Source: Magallana gigas (taxonomy: Eukaryota). From it: DNA of 64,000 nucleotides. Where the stretch lies: the NCBI RefSeq assembly GCF_963853765.1, contig NC_088856.1, positions 27,094,001-27,158,000 on the forward strand, in the 5' to 3' direction. The notes under the pieces were generated by a model. The model was not told the origin of the DNA, made no database searches, and saw nothing but the letters and a program-made list of their open reading frames with translations. The translations under genes and the position numbers were made by a program. Positions 28,053-42,146 of this stretch are shown piece by piece (position 1 is the stretch's first letter; each line of letters starts with the position of its first letter).

Positions 28053-29044
28053 CAGAATTATACCCCTGAAAGCAGATGCTAACTGTGTATTCGGAATATA
28101 CAAAGGGTAGAAATTACAGGCAGTAGGATGGTAAGATAAAATACTAGTCGGCTTCACACTTCAGTGCATACAGTTGACCTCAAAAGCAATTTCAAAGTAA
28201 ACCATACAAAAGATTAAAAATAAAATAAAAATCACATCTAGCATTACAATACAAAAAAGATACTAGTAAGTAAAAGATTTGATCGATTAACAACAAGGTA
28301 TTATCAAGTTTATGACTATCTGTATGGTAGATATTAATTAGGATCTATTAAAAACGAGTTATTGTAACAACATTTACTTTTGGGATTATCCATTATCTCT
28401 AGTAAAATTGGATTTTATGTATTATAAGGAAATTCAACATTGTTTATACTTTAATAGCACGTGCTCGATAACTGTCGGTTTTTAAAATCAATCATTTTGA
28501 AATAATTAAGTTAATTCAGGAAGTGTCAACTTAGAATATAGTTTTAACTTTTAAATCAAAACACGCGGCCGCGTTTTAAAATAGAAATCGTTTCAAAACG
28601 GGTTTGTTTGTTCAAAGCGATATGAGCTTGGATTTTAATGTCCGAAATTGTTATGTTGAATTTATTGTGCATTAATTTGACACTCAAATAAATGAATGAA
28701 TCGTTTAAGATAAACTCCAGTAGCGTAGTTAGTAGTAACAAAAAACAACTAGTATATGTATTTAGATGTCAAAATTAAAATTTATTAATTATCATCATGT
28801 TAATGAGATTTTTTATCTGATCGTGTACTATTTAATTCAACGTTTCTGTGTTATCATTTTTTTAAAACAGACAATGCACATGTACTTCAAATGTATATGA
28901 AATAAGGTTCAAATATCAATTGAATGACCTTTTCAAACAGAATTTTCACTTATAACAACATTACTTGCATTACAAGTGGATTAAAACAGACTTAAAGAGT
29001 TGAAACGTTCACTGATCAAAATAGAAACAATAAACAAAATAATA

Positions 29045-29299
29045 TAGAACCATTTTAACAAGAGCTTGGACTTTGGGTAGTTGGTGTCAAACAGCAATGT
29101 GACGTAGGCCTGTCTATTTCATTGTAGGCCACTCAGCCATTGCTTTTTGAAATCAACAAGATTTGTCTGGCTTTTGAGCTAAGACTACGCAATCTGTATA
29201 TATTTCACTCGAAACCAGCGTCATTTTAAAATTGTTTTGACGCAAGAAATAGATAGTAACGTCCTAATGAAAGTCCAAGGTTTTGTTATAATGGTTCTA
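29045..29299. mobile_element. ~250-bp MITE family copy 4
   Basis: TAGAACCATTTTAACAAGAGCTTGGACTTT..AAAGTCCAAGGTTTTGTTATAATGGTTCTA; nearly identical to copy 3. Confidence 0.85.
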
Positions 29300-29473
29300 T
29301 ATCTTAAAACATACAATTAAAAAAGAGCATCGTAATGACGACATTTTACTCCGATACGGAGATTAGACATTTAAATATTACATGTAACATCATTATATGT
29401 ATATAAAAACATAAAAAAATCTTTGTCATATATATAAGATATAAAATATATATTGTATAAATAGATAGTTTCC

Positions 29474-32400
29474 TTAGACACTATTGAGATTGGTCTGTCC
29501 CTGATCATCATTATCACTTGAGACTGGCAAAAGTTGGGCCGTGGAGGCCTCTCCAGTAATCTCATTCTGATTTGCGTCACTTCCGGGCCGTTGAGATTGA
29601 GCGTCGTCAGGTTTGTCTTTCGCTTTCGACAATTTGTCTTTTAGATATAGTTTTAACCTGTATAACCCGAACAACAGCAGATGCACGATCGGTACGCACA
29701 CAAATGTATATAAAACAACCCATTTAATGGCTTTCCCTGGCTTATCCCAGTCAAGTATTGGATATACTTTGTTTTTCGTGGCAGCAAAGTAAATCACTGT
29801 GAATATCATGTAGCAGAAACTGAACAGGACTGGCATGTACACATGTTGTAGCTTTATGGGCTTTCTGGATGCAATGATGATTAAAACGGAATACAAAAAA
29901 TTTATGCCATGTTTGTTGATAGTACTTCCCTTCATTGAACCGTCTGAAATCATATTTATATAACGATAATAGTATGGATTTTTACTGATAAAAAAAAATA
30001 CATTATGTATTAAAATCAATAAATGCATTTAGAATATTATGAAAAAGTCAAAAAATTAAGAGAATTTTTTTTTAGATTAGACTTAGTATATTCTTGTAAA
30101 AATACACCAATAAGTCTTCATAAAGAAGTTATAAAATACACCAGTAAGTCTTCATAAAGAAGTTAAATGGTCGCATCCAATTTATGACTATTTTTCTCCT
30201 TTTAGAACAAAAGAAGATTTTGACTTACTGTATCTAAATCATAATGAATTAGATTAATAATCTAAAAGATAACCGGTTATTTTTACTGAGCCAATATACC
30301 AATTTCATTCAGTAATTCGTGATAGGTAAGTTAAGTAAATTTAGTGGTATAAGGACCGCAATTATGTTTACCACCCAGCCTCCTTAAAATATTTTGCAAA
30401 CTTACCTCCAGAAAGAAACGCCCAGTACGTGACGGTGACCGACAATGCGGTAGTTATGGTAATATTGTACAAAACCCAGGAAAACTTGTGGTACCACTGC
30501 ATGACTTCCGGTTCTGCAAATAAGGAAAAAAGAGGGACATTTCCTACAGCAATATTCTTCGTTTATAGCAATTATTTGATATACAAATAATATGATGAAC
30601 GATAGCTAAAAACAGTTTTTCCCTAAACACTTTATCGAGAGTGCAGCTGTTGAATTCTTGGGAATTTTTTTAAAAAAAAAATAATAATCATGACATTCAC
30701 ATGAGAATATTATTTTTACAAAATCACACAGAAATCTAGTGTTTTATAATAGATAAAATGAGTTGATCAAATTATTTGTCTTTGATATTTCAAAAATTAA
30801 CCTAAAGTCTAGATTAAGCTGATTACATTTTTAACAATAATTGAATACACTACAAATAATACGTAACAAACAGATAATTTTAGAATACGGAAATTTTCAA
30901 TATTCTTCATAATTATGATGGATCTATAATCGTAGAATACATGTCCTACTAGCAAATACCAACTTTGATACGATAATGGCCATTGCACCTAATGAGGGCA
31001 ATCGTGTTCAAAACTGACCAGACACATTAACTTGTAAATCCGAACATGCAGTCGTGTTGATGTGTGGGCCTGCATATATGATTGTGTAATTCTGATCATG
31101 TAACCTATAAAACTCAGGCTTAAACACTTCAGACTTGACTCAGTTTCTTCGCATAATGCACAGTTTGCAGGATTTTTTTAGCTCATCTGGCAAGTTACAA
31201 ATCCACAAATGTAAAAAAAAAATTAAGTATACAATTTACAAGTTTATCGAATTTTGACATGATCCTACATGTATATGGCAAATGCTTACTGCAGAAAAAA
31301 GGCATGTCGTAGTCGCCGGAATGGACCAAAATAAATATGCATGTAATATTCAGTTACACTGTTTTAATAAGCTTCAATGAACAACACTATTTTCTTTAGA
31401 TTGAAATTATTATTCTTAGAAAACTATATATTAAGGTATGATTGAAAATGCACCAAATAAGAAGACATGCAAGTAAAAATCGGCGCTGGTGTGAGGAATG
31501 GGCTAGTTTTTGTAATATAATTCCAATGGTATTTAAAAGATAAGGGGTAACTTTAACTTAAAAAATGCCTAATATCTAATATCTTAAACAAAATTTTATT
31601 TGACATGTTATTCAAACTGAAAAAATATAAGCTGAATACCTACTCTTTTGTAGAAATGAGACAAATCAATAAATGAACGATGGGTGTGAATATGTCTTGA
31701 GCGACATGGGGTTTGGAGACCGCCGTGAGGCCCCATGTAGCATCATTACTTCTGAATGCTAAAAACTTAGAGAGTGAGTGGAGGTTCCAACATAGTGGAA
31801 GCGGTGAGGATAAATGTGGTGATATTTTACTTATTCAGCCGAACTCGTGTATGCTCTATACTTTAACAATTTGTTACATGTACTCGAAGATAACAAAAAT
31901 TTAAACAGAGTCATATATAAAAATTTCCAGATATATGAAGATATATCTGCTGTCGACCGAATACTTCACTCGCACCTTTTGTATACATTTTCCTGATATA
32001 CATGTAATGTACAACGAGTTCATCATTTATTTTTTGAAAAATTGTAGTTTCTAAAACAAATAGTGTTATGCAGAGATGCTATGATCAATCTGGTGAAATT
32101 CCGCTGTTCTAGCGGTAGCGTATCTAAACAGCTGATTTTAATAAAACTGTAATATGATTATTATTTTTTTTATTCCGTCCCTATTCCGGCGATTACAGCA
32201 TGCCTTTTTCTTCAATCACTGTTTCCATATTGAGGTTACGTAAAAAAAAACTTGTAAACTTTACATTTGTTGATTTCTTAAATGTCTGCTGTACCTTTTC
32301 AGAAAATGCAGTAAAATGTAAATAATTCAAAAATAAAATATCTTAAAGCTGTAAGGAGAATTAGATTGAAGGTCTATATAAGTAATTACGAGTCAACTCT

Positions 32401-34697
32401 AGAGTGTTAAAATGCCTGATTTTTATGGGTTACACGATCAGAATTACACACATTCTTACTCAGACTTACTCGCTAACACGATTTCATATTCGGATCTACA
32501 AGTTTATATGTCCGAATTTTTTAACACGATTACCCTCACTATTGCACAAAGGATTTGCATGTTTTTTTGTTTTGTTTTTAAATTGTGTTTTTGTGTTCTG
32601 TTTGATTGTTTGTTTGTTTTTCTTTTCTTCTGTTTTTAGAATGTTGATTGCGTGCGTTATGAGTTTGCTTACCAACATGTGCTAATCTAGGCGCGAGGCA
32701 GTACGCATAAAACGCAATGAAGAAGTCGACGAGGGCGAATGCCGTCAGAACAGTGTAACCAACGTTGCTGAGTTGCCGGAACCAGTCGAGCGTGACGTAA
32801 TGAGACTTCAGTGACCACCAGTACCCCTCGAGGCACACCCAGACAAAGTGGTAGAGGGCCCATGCTGCAGACCAGGGCAAATACAAGAGCGGGCGACCAA
32901 ACTGTAAGAAGACAAACAGCTGATTTTAATCAAATTGTAATATATGATCATATAAAATATTTTTTGTTTATCCCGTCCCTGTTCCGGCGATTACGGCATG
33001 CCTTAAATATATAGAAAATAGTATTTGCAAAAAATTGTTTTATCGATAAAAAACCAGATGATGTTCATTTGTACAATATTATATTTGTCTGAGCCTCTAT
33101 TTAGAATATTAACACTACTTTACGCTATAAATACACATGTGTCTATGTGCTCATCAAAACTAAACACCACTCTCTAGAGAAAACAACAACTTAAATCATC
33201 TTTTTTATAGCAAAACGTTACAGACAATTGATGTTGCAACATAATAAACTAAACTGCCATATATACAACTTTTAAGGTTTGAGGGAACATGCATTGTGTG
33301 TACACGTCAAGCGTCTGAAGATGGGTACCATGGCTGTATATTTGCAATGAAGTTAACACTAAGTAAACGTAATTTCATGAAACATTATTTAACGAACTTA
33401 ACAAACTAAGTTAACGCACTGAAGGTATACCATCTACAAATTCATTTTAAGTTCATCATAAAAAAAAATGATGAAAACAGACGGATAGGAAATTGGTTAG
33501 GAGGTACGTTAACACCCCTCCCCCCCTTGTTTTTTTTAACACCCCCCCCCCCCCCCAATCCCCGAATCTAGAGGAAACAATGAAACATGTGAGTCTTTTT
33601 AAGTTGTATTCTGACCTGTGGCTGCCCACATGTTTATGGTGATGGGACATCAAAGTACTTGGGAGCTCTATAAGAGCAGTCTAATGACCTAATACCTCTT
33701 CAGGGCACATTGGCCACTTCCGGGATTGAGACTATCGATTCCGGTGAACAATACAGACCGGAAACTGCTAATCCAACACTTATATGGCCAATGTAACACT
33801 TATATAGCCAATGTAACACTTATATAGCCAATGTATATATACATGTACTTAGTAAGTGATGTACACAGAGAATGAGGGAGAGAGTCATTATACATGTACA
33901 TGTACCTCAATGTTTAAATGTGTACATAAATAATTCAAGTTATATACGCACGTAATATAATTATATAATATGGATGTTTCTGGTGTTTTAATTATACGAC
34001 ATTTTGTAAGTTTTGGAGTGATCTATTGAATGATATCATTGCTTGCATGATCATATTCCTGCTAATAAAAACCAAAAAAAATGAACTTTTGTTTATACTA
34101 TTCTTTTGAAAATAAAATACTGGTTACAGTTTTTAAACTTTTTCACTAATATAATGTACTAGTTCATGTCACCAGTTCATGCAGTTCAAACAATGCATGT
34201 ACACAACGTTAATATCAAAATATACATACAAAGTAAATTAAAAGATGTGATGAAAAGAACTTTTCAACAACAAACTTCTCATGTACAAGATATACGTTTA
34301 CTAAGTATATTTTTATCAGAGATCAAACAGAATTTCATCATTTCCCGACGTGCATTGTACACATTTTGTTACTAAGTAATGTCTAAAAAGTTTTGTGTAC
34401 AATATAAATTTCGTTTCAAAATCATGCACAATTTTCAACGCAGATTCAGGTTATTAATTCAAATTTTTCCATGTAGCTTAAATTCAGCCTTTCGAACATT
34501 TGACAAAAAAAGCTGGAGGAAAATAATCATAATTTAAAACAAGAACTTCCTTTTTAAAAAATTAAAAAAAAAAAACTTTTCAAATTTTGCATACCGATTC
34601 TTCAAATCATGCTACATACCTCGAGTCGCAGGAAATCTCCCGGGAATCCATGAGAAAGTCCAAACTCTCTCGGCCTAAAGTGTTGTTTACAAGCCAT
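29474..34697 (-). CDS. rost: Protein rolling stone-like A (multi-pass membrane protein), 294 aa
   Basis: Exons 34620-34697 (MACKQHFRPREFGLSHGFPGDFLRLE), 32673-32901 (FGRPLLYLPWSAAWALYH..LSNVGY), 30406-30513 (WYHKFSWVLYNI..VTVTYW), 29474-29943 (NKHGIN..KPIKLQH..YPILDWDKP). 885 nt, phases 0/1/1, GT-AG. The motif series is typical of Rost-like proteins. Confidence 0.88.
33775..33835 (+). repeat. 20-bp tandem repeat x3 (ACACTTATAT(A/G)GCCAATGTA)
   Basis: Direct inspection. Confidence 0.85.
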
Positions 34698-34857
34698 CCT
34701 AGCATTTTTATCTGTTGTGCCTCCTCCTCATGCCCATAGTATTATACTGTAACTGGTTTTCCGGGAAGACCACTTCGATTTGATATCCCCTTGTTATTAT
34801 CATTAATGAAATGACACATCAGAAAGACCACAAGCCTAGGAGGGTACACAGGTCACA

Positions 34858-34859
<2 letters not shown>

Positions 34860-34925
<66 letters not shown>
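34860..34925. repeat. (CT)n microsatellite
   Basis: Direct inspection. Confidence 0.98.
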
Positions 34926-34927
<2 letters not shown>

Positions 34928-35479
34928 AGTAATATGTGTGGAATTTTTCTTTTGATCGTGGGAAGTCTAGAACTCTGCCAATTCACCGCTTCCCTAATTT
35001 CATTTGTAAGTCTTCACTTATAATAATAAAGTTCATTTGTAACGTGTTTCTATAAATACATGAATTTATGAACATATATATACATGTACAAGGGTTATTG
35101 AATTTATATCAGCGCAAAACGTTTTGCAATGAGGAAGTTCATTGTGCTAAGGTGATATGGTTGTTATGAACATTTTGTGCAAGGAAGTGTTTTTTTATTT
35201 GTTAGTTGTATTTTCTTATCTAAATATGTCCTATTGATTATTGAATATACATGTATATATAATGCGCCGGTAATCTCATTTCTGTGGGGTTTTCTTTCTT
35301 CTTCATTCTTTTAATATATACCATTTGTGATTAATTCAGTTGAAATTTGTAAAATCTGCCAAAATGTCAAAATATAAATAGGCTTTATGTATTTGTACAA
35401 TACATGCATTTTTCAATCGATCAATGTTCTTTTAAAAAATACATTCTCTGCATTCCCTGTCCCTCCAAAAAACCCAGAG

Positions 35480-35640
35480 NNNNNNNNNNNNNNNNNNNNN
35501 NNNNNNNNNNNNNNNNNNNNNNNNNNNNNNNNNNNNNNNNNNNNNNNNNNNNNNNNNNNNNNNNNNNNNNNNNNNNNNNNNNNNNNNNNNNNNNNNNNNN
35601 NNNNNNNNNNNNNNNNNNNNNNNNNNNNNNNNNNNNNNNN
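35480..35640. other. Assembly gap (N run)
   Basis: Run of N. Confidence 1.
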
Positions 35641-38600
35641 AAATACCCCTCCCCCCCAAAAAAAAACCACAACCCCCCCCCATAAACTGTTCAACAACCC
35701 CACTCTATCCAAAAGATAAATAAAACCAAATGATAATGATAAAAGCTACAGAAAAAAAAACCAGAAATAAAATTCAAGCATAAAAATGTCTTAATTGTGA
35801 ATGTAAAAACATACTTTAAAATTAACTTTTATTCTTTTACGTTACTTCTTACCTTATAATTATTGCCCGCATATTTGGCTTCACCAATATGGCCTGCAAT
35901 GGACCTTTATTCATAACAGGGCTCTATTATTACAAGCTTAAGTATATATGTAATCGATATAACCTAGGCGAGGCGCAAAAAAAAAATCATACATGTAAAT
36001 GACATTATCCGATAAAGAAATATTTCTTTGACTATAAATCAAATTTAACTCTAAATGATATACGCATTTTATCATGGGTTAAAACAAGGTGAAAACCTTT
36101 AGTTAATTATGATGAATTTCTGTGAACGTACATGTATAACTACTTGTACATGTTTGTACCTCGAAAAAAGATGATCTTGTCGTTCGTAAAGTAATGATAA
36201 TTACCGGTACGTTGAGCTTAAAATATGACCGAAATAAAACTTAATTTTATTTGGAGAAGTTGATATTGATTCTTTTAAACCAATTTTTCTAAAGAAAAAA
36301 AAACCATTAGAATATTGACATACATGTTCAATTTTGAAACAAAAGAAAAGAATTACCCCGTCCCCCCCACCCCCCCCCCCCACCTCAAAAAAAAGGAACT
36401 GAATCTCTTTCGATAATATTGTTCGTTTGTTTTCACTTTCGGTTGTTATTAGTATGTTTATATTTAGTACTTACGTGAGATATATAAAATCCGCTGATTC
36501 TATACCTATACCATACAATTGTATCTCAGTGACCTGACGATGAACCAACATCTTATTATAAGCATGCCGCCACATAGGTATGTATACCAACAAAACTAAT
36601 AATGCTGATTAATTTCTTCTGTCCAAAATATCACTTTTAATGAACAATGCGTCCATCATCCCCTTGAAATGTGAATTTACAGAAATTATGTGATAGGGCT
36701 CGCAGTGATACTTGTCCATGTATAAAGGTTTCTTCATTCGATGTCTTCATCATTGATACTTATCCGTAAACATAGAGATATATGCTTGCGTGTATATAAT
36801 TATAATAAACGCCTCAAGTTTATGTGTCGTGCTGTAATAAAATGGGTCAATTAATTAATAAGGTAGGTAATTATCAGTGTCCCAAAAAACGATACAGAAA
36901 ACAAAACAAACAATCAGAGAAACTAATACTGAAACCCAACTTGTAACAATGGACAATTAATAGATATTTGATCTTATCAGTTTGATATCAGGATATTACC
37001 TGGAATAGACAATGTCAACTGTTTGAGATAACATTGATAGCAAATGATAACATTGTTATAAAAAATTATGATATTTTTAGATGAACACTCATCCTTTCAT
37101 TGTTTAAAAAGAAAAATCTTAATTTAATCAATCAACATTGAAACAAAATGATAAATCTAGCATATCGATTCATTGAAAAATAAAATATTTATATTTTTTC
37201 AAAAACGTTCTTCGATTTTTCGATCTAATTTTGCTTACTAGTATATAAATATTTTGAATTCTGAAATTCCTTGAAAAGGGTATCTCAACATTTGACATTT
37301 TTTCAATGCGAAAATATTTTAAAATAAGAACTGCAAAATGTTTCTTGATGTAAGCTATGAGTACATAGGAAATAAAATGTACATGTAATACCCCCCCCCC
37401 CCCCCCGGTTTTATCTGCTTGCTTGTGCATGTGTGTGTGTGTGTGGTTTGTTTGGGGTTTTTTTCATTTTTGAATTATTATTTCTTGGACTTTTTTTTTT
37501 TTAAGCGGGGGCGGTGTGGAGTGATTTTAAATGCAGTGTAATAATTCAAATTTTATGTCCTATTTCTTTGCTCAACCATTAAAAATACTTTAAAGAGGAA
37601 ATATCGTTCCATTACAAATGACGTCGATATATCTCTCGAGAGTTGTATGAAGTGATTTTTAATGAGTAATATTTTTTCCCCTCACATTTCATGTGTAACT
37701 ACACCTGTGATTTGCAAATATAAATAAAAGAGAACAACCTATTATTGATTTGTTAGGTGTGGGAAATATTCTGGGGGCTTGTATTTGCGTTGTAACATGA
37801 ATGCATTCGTCTTGACGATAAACCATTAAATTCAAATTGAACGTTTGTTGTAGGTGTATTATATACGAAAAAGAATAAAAATCATGACAGGAAGTTCTGT
37901 ATTAAATGGGCGTTTTCGAATATTACCAATTAAAGTTCTGAGAAGCGATTTTAGTCATACTATATCAAAGGTGTTCCAATCACATATCGGTTTATTTTTT
38001 AAGCTACCATTTCATAAAGGGAGGAATTTCATTATAAAAGACGCCCAAGTTGAGTGTATTATATCATCCAACAGTTCATTGATTTACATTTAAGTATATC
38101 ACATACAATGAAATTCATTCGGTAATTTTGATTTATTTCTCTCAATTATTCTATTCATATGTGTTTAATCAACAATTCATGTACATATAAATTAAAATCC
38201 ATTCGTACAATTTAACATACTAGTACAAGTACATCTTCATACAAAGTAATTCTCTTACAATTGTCAATAAATATAAGACATATAAGACAATATAAGTCAT
38301 TAATTGTTATGTCGTGAAAACTTTGTATATAAAATTAAATAAAAAAAATATCAATAGAAGGTGTTTATCAATATTGCAGAGGCGCTTTTCAAAGCTATTG
38401 CACATGTTAAATATACATTATGTATATAATTAGACAACTAAATTGTCTGAAAACAATTGATATATGCATTGGATACTGATCACAACCTAGTATTACACAT
38501 ACAACGTTCAACATTTATATGTCTACCGCAGTATAGTATAAATATATGCGTTCAAACCATAGACATGTACAGGTATGTACTAGACTTTGTACGGTTAAAT

Positions 38601-38933
38601 GATACAATATTCACAGAATAAAGAAACTGATTTTGTAACATAAATGATTACGCCGTATACATGCATGCACAGGCGCCGGATAACTTGTCATAAAAGTCAT
38701 AAAATAGAATTATAAAGACAAGTCAACAAAATCTTGAAAAACAAAGAAATTGTTGTGTATTGTTGTGTATCCTCTCTTTAGATCTAAGTTACAAAGTTAC
38801 ATGGTAAGTGATCTACTTTTAGAAAATTTGCAATTTTGATCAACTCGATCTAGTAATCAATAAACTGTTGTGTTTTCTTAGATTCAAGTGATCACGGTAG
38901 TTCCGCCACTGTGATGATATCTCTCCATTACAA

Positions 38934-41900
38934 TCAGGGCGTTTCTTTCAAATTGGTTTTCTCGTGATTTAACATTTCTTCCTTTGATTCCTTGTCTCTG
39001 TTCTCTGTAGATTCCAAATCTCTTTTCGATGAACAAGATTGCTTTATGTATTGTTTTAGTTTATAGAGTCCAAAGAAGAAGAAATGAGCCAAAGGCGTAC
39101 AGACGAATACAAAGAGAAAGGTGAGGAGAATGGATTTCCCTGGCTTATTCCAATTTAGAAACGAATAAATGAGTTCGTCTGTGGCCAGAAAATATATCCA
39201 TGTAAATAAGACGTACACAAAACTGAATGCCATTGGAATGTACACGTGTTGAAATTTGATTGGTTTTGTGGTCAAAATCACGACCAGAAGAGTATACAGT
39301 AGATTCACTCCATGTTTATTGATGGTCCATATTTTGATTGTATAATCTGTAATAAAAGCAATGATATTACATTATATTATTTACATGTATCATGATAATT
39401 TTTCCATCATGCGTCAGCTTTCATATTTTATTGATAGCAATATACATTATAATTTTAATAAATTTGATTTTATGAAAAATTATAGATAGAAATATGAAAT
39501 GCTACATCTCAAACAAATCACCGTAAAATGTACACTTTCATATATAAGTACTGTACATTGTCGGGTGGAATCTGTCCATACACATAATTGATAACCAAAT
39601 ATACGTACGCCCTGCGAGGATGGTCCAATATGACAAAGCGATTAACAATGCCGTGGTGTGCGACATATTGTGTAGAGCCCATGACAGTTTGTAATACCAG
39701 GGCATGTCTGTCTTCGTTTCTAAAGAGATAAACCAAAAAAATGAACAAAGATATCGCTAAACATAAGTTAATATCTCAGTGCATGCTAAAAGTAATAACG
39801 ATTTTCTACCACTATAAGTTATTGTATTAAAGTTAGATCTAGAGAGAGAGGGGGGGGGGGGGGGGGGGGGGGGTCAGGGGATCCAGACCCCATCCTCCCC
39901 TTGCAAAAGTCAAATTTCTTAAAATTACATCATTAAATTATTATAGAAAATATGCTTCGAAACCCCCTGGCAAACTCAAATAACAGTCGGACCCCCCCCC
40001 CCCCCCACCCGGGGAAAAATTTTCTTGATCCGCGCATGATCTTTTACTATAGTTTACGTCTTTATTACATTGACGTTATGGAAACAAACAAGTTTCAATG
40101 TTGCCTTGATCGGTTAAAGAAGGATTTGTACATTAAAATCTTCATGACCTACCTAGTTCTTTCGAAGTATGAAAGCAGTAGGTATAAACAGCATTTATGC
40201 ATTCCGTAACTGCCACCGCTGTCAGAAGAATGTATCCAACGTTGGTCAGTTTTAGTAGCCACTCCAGTGGTGCTCGGTGGGCCTTCAAGGACCACCAGTA
40301 AGCCTCCAAGGCGATCCACACACAATGATAGAGCGCCCAGAAGATGGCCCATGGCAGGTATAGAACTGGGCGACCAAACTGTACGAGAAAAAATTGATTG
40401 TGACTAACTGAAAACCTTCAGTGATGGAAAAAAAAGGAATTATAGGTTGATATTTCTTTCCAATCAATTCAATTCATTTCTTTATTCACTCAAGACCAGT
40501 TCACTGGTATTTGAGGTTCAAAATCAGTATATACAAATGTATACGAACACAGTCAAGGATCACATGTACAGTAGGAGTAATAATGACGAAAAAAGGTTAA
40601 AATCACAATACAATAGGTTGTTAAAGTTGGTTTATGGAAGAACAGACTTTGAAAATTTTCTTAATAAATATTGACAAGTTTTTTAGTTTTTCTACATTAA
40701 AAGTATTCATGAGCTCGTTAAATTTTATAATATTTGGGTTTTCATAATATCTCTTGGGCAAAAACATTTTTCTATTGTTTACAAAATGTGTACATTCTGA
40801 AATATAATGAAATTCATCCCCAATACTATTAGAATCACACATTGTACATTTTCTCAAATTTTTCTCAATATTATGCCATCTAATCAATGGGGAATCGATG
40901 ATTACATGTTCGTAATTTTGTAAACGTGATCCGTAGATCTGTAGGTAAAATCAACAAGTACTTTTCTAAATTGATATTTGTTTTAAAAATTCTATAATTA
41001 ATACATTTTGGTGAGTTATCTACTATACTTTTCCAATCTTGTACAAATTGATTTTGTAATATTTCTTTAACTATTGACTTAAGCCAGTTATAGCTACATA
41101 TTGTTTGATTTTCCCATATATAAGACAACCCGCACGAGTAGAGTATATCATGTATACATTTCTGAAGAACTTATTTTGGTGGGTTTTTTTAAATTAAGGG
41201 AGGTCTGGTGCTTAAATTGGGGCGTAAGGTAATTATTTCCCTTCTGGCTTTTCATGTTACAATGATTATCATGTTATATTATATTAAGATGTACATTATC
41301 ATCCAGTGCATCTTAATCTGGATATCGTGTTTTATCGTTAGAATAAAATCTTTTGCGTGTCATAGCAAAAAAGGTATATCCTTTACCAATACGTATATAA
41401 TTTTTCGGGGGGTTAGTAGACGTTTTTATTTCTCAATATTGTCACTTCAATTAATTTGAGAAGAACTGAAGACGTATATGCTACATTTTTTTATTACGAC
41501 GTTAAATACATGAATTGAAACTTAAACCAAAATGACAATGTACCATGATTGTATGGAAAAATAAGAGGACTGGTGATATTTCTTAATTAAATTGAGTTTC
41601 ATATGTATAACAGAGCAAGCACTTTTAAAAAGATCGTATTTCAAAAAGAATGTGCAATGTCATTGGATTTTTCCTGCTGTCATTACAGCATACATTCATT
41701 TATCTTTTATAACTATTTTTTACTATGTAAAATAATAAATATTGTATTACTGTGTTTGATTGTATAACCTTTAAATATTTCGATGTTTGGAGGGAGAAAA
41801 TATGGCAAGAAAATAGAAAGTAAATTTGGTCAATTCTAATGTTATGTTATATTAAGTATTTTATTAACTTCATATATAATTCGATTTTCGGGGGGATTTT

Positions 41901-42146
41901 TTATTTTGATAGCAACAAAATAGGAAGTAGCGTTGACCAATGTACATGTAGTATTATATGAGATCTTAAGTACATAATTTACAAGTCCTTTCTTTTAAAA
42001 GCTTGAAGTTGAAATTCGGTTATACTCACTTCTAGGGCGACAAAACGTTTGGGATTCCTGTGGCCCAGTCCGCACTCTTTGATGTGGAGTTTCCTGAAGC
42101 ACGTGACTCGACCGTCACTCTTATCGCGCAATACTGTCGTCTGCAT
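38934..42146 (-). CDS. rost: Protein rolling stone-like B (multi-pass membrane protein), 288 aa
   Basis: Exons 42030-42146 (MQTT..KECGLGHRNPKRFVALE), 40153-40378 (FGRPVLYLPWAIFWALYH..LTNVGY), 39609-39719 (PWYYKLSWALHN..SYW), 38934-39346 (NKHGVN..KPIKFQH..IYSFLNWNKP). 867 nt; same intron positions and phases as copy A. Confidence 0.88.
39835..40036. mobile_element. Poly-G/poly-C MITE (GATCTAGAG..GATCCGCGCATG) in rost-B intron 2
   Basis: GATCTAG..GGGGTCAGGGGATCCAGACCCC..CCCCCCACCCGGGGAAAAATTTTCTTGATCCGCGCATG. Confidence 0.55.
40600..41130 (-). mobile_element. LINE ORF2 3' remnant in rost-B intron 1
   Basis: Two overlapping ORFs (40880-41128 and 40621-40887) joined by a frameshift give WLKSIVKEILQNQFVQDW..KCINYRIFKT..EKYL..FTKLRTCNHRFPI / RWHNIEKNLRKCTMCDSNSIGDEFHYISEC. 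Confidence 0.8.

Noticed and set aside
40345-40355. Possible frameshift in rostB exon 2
   Set aside because: On re-reading and cross-checking with the ORF track, the exon is 226 nt and in frame (LPWAIFWALYH).
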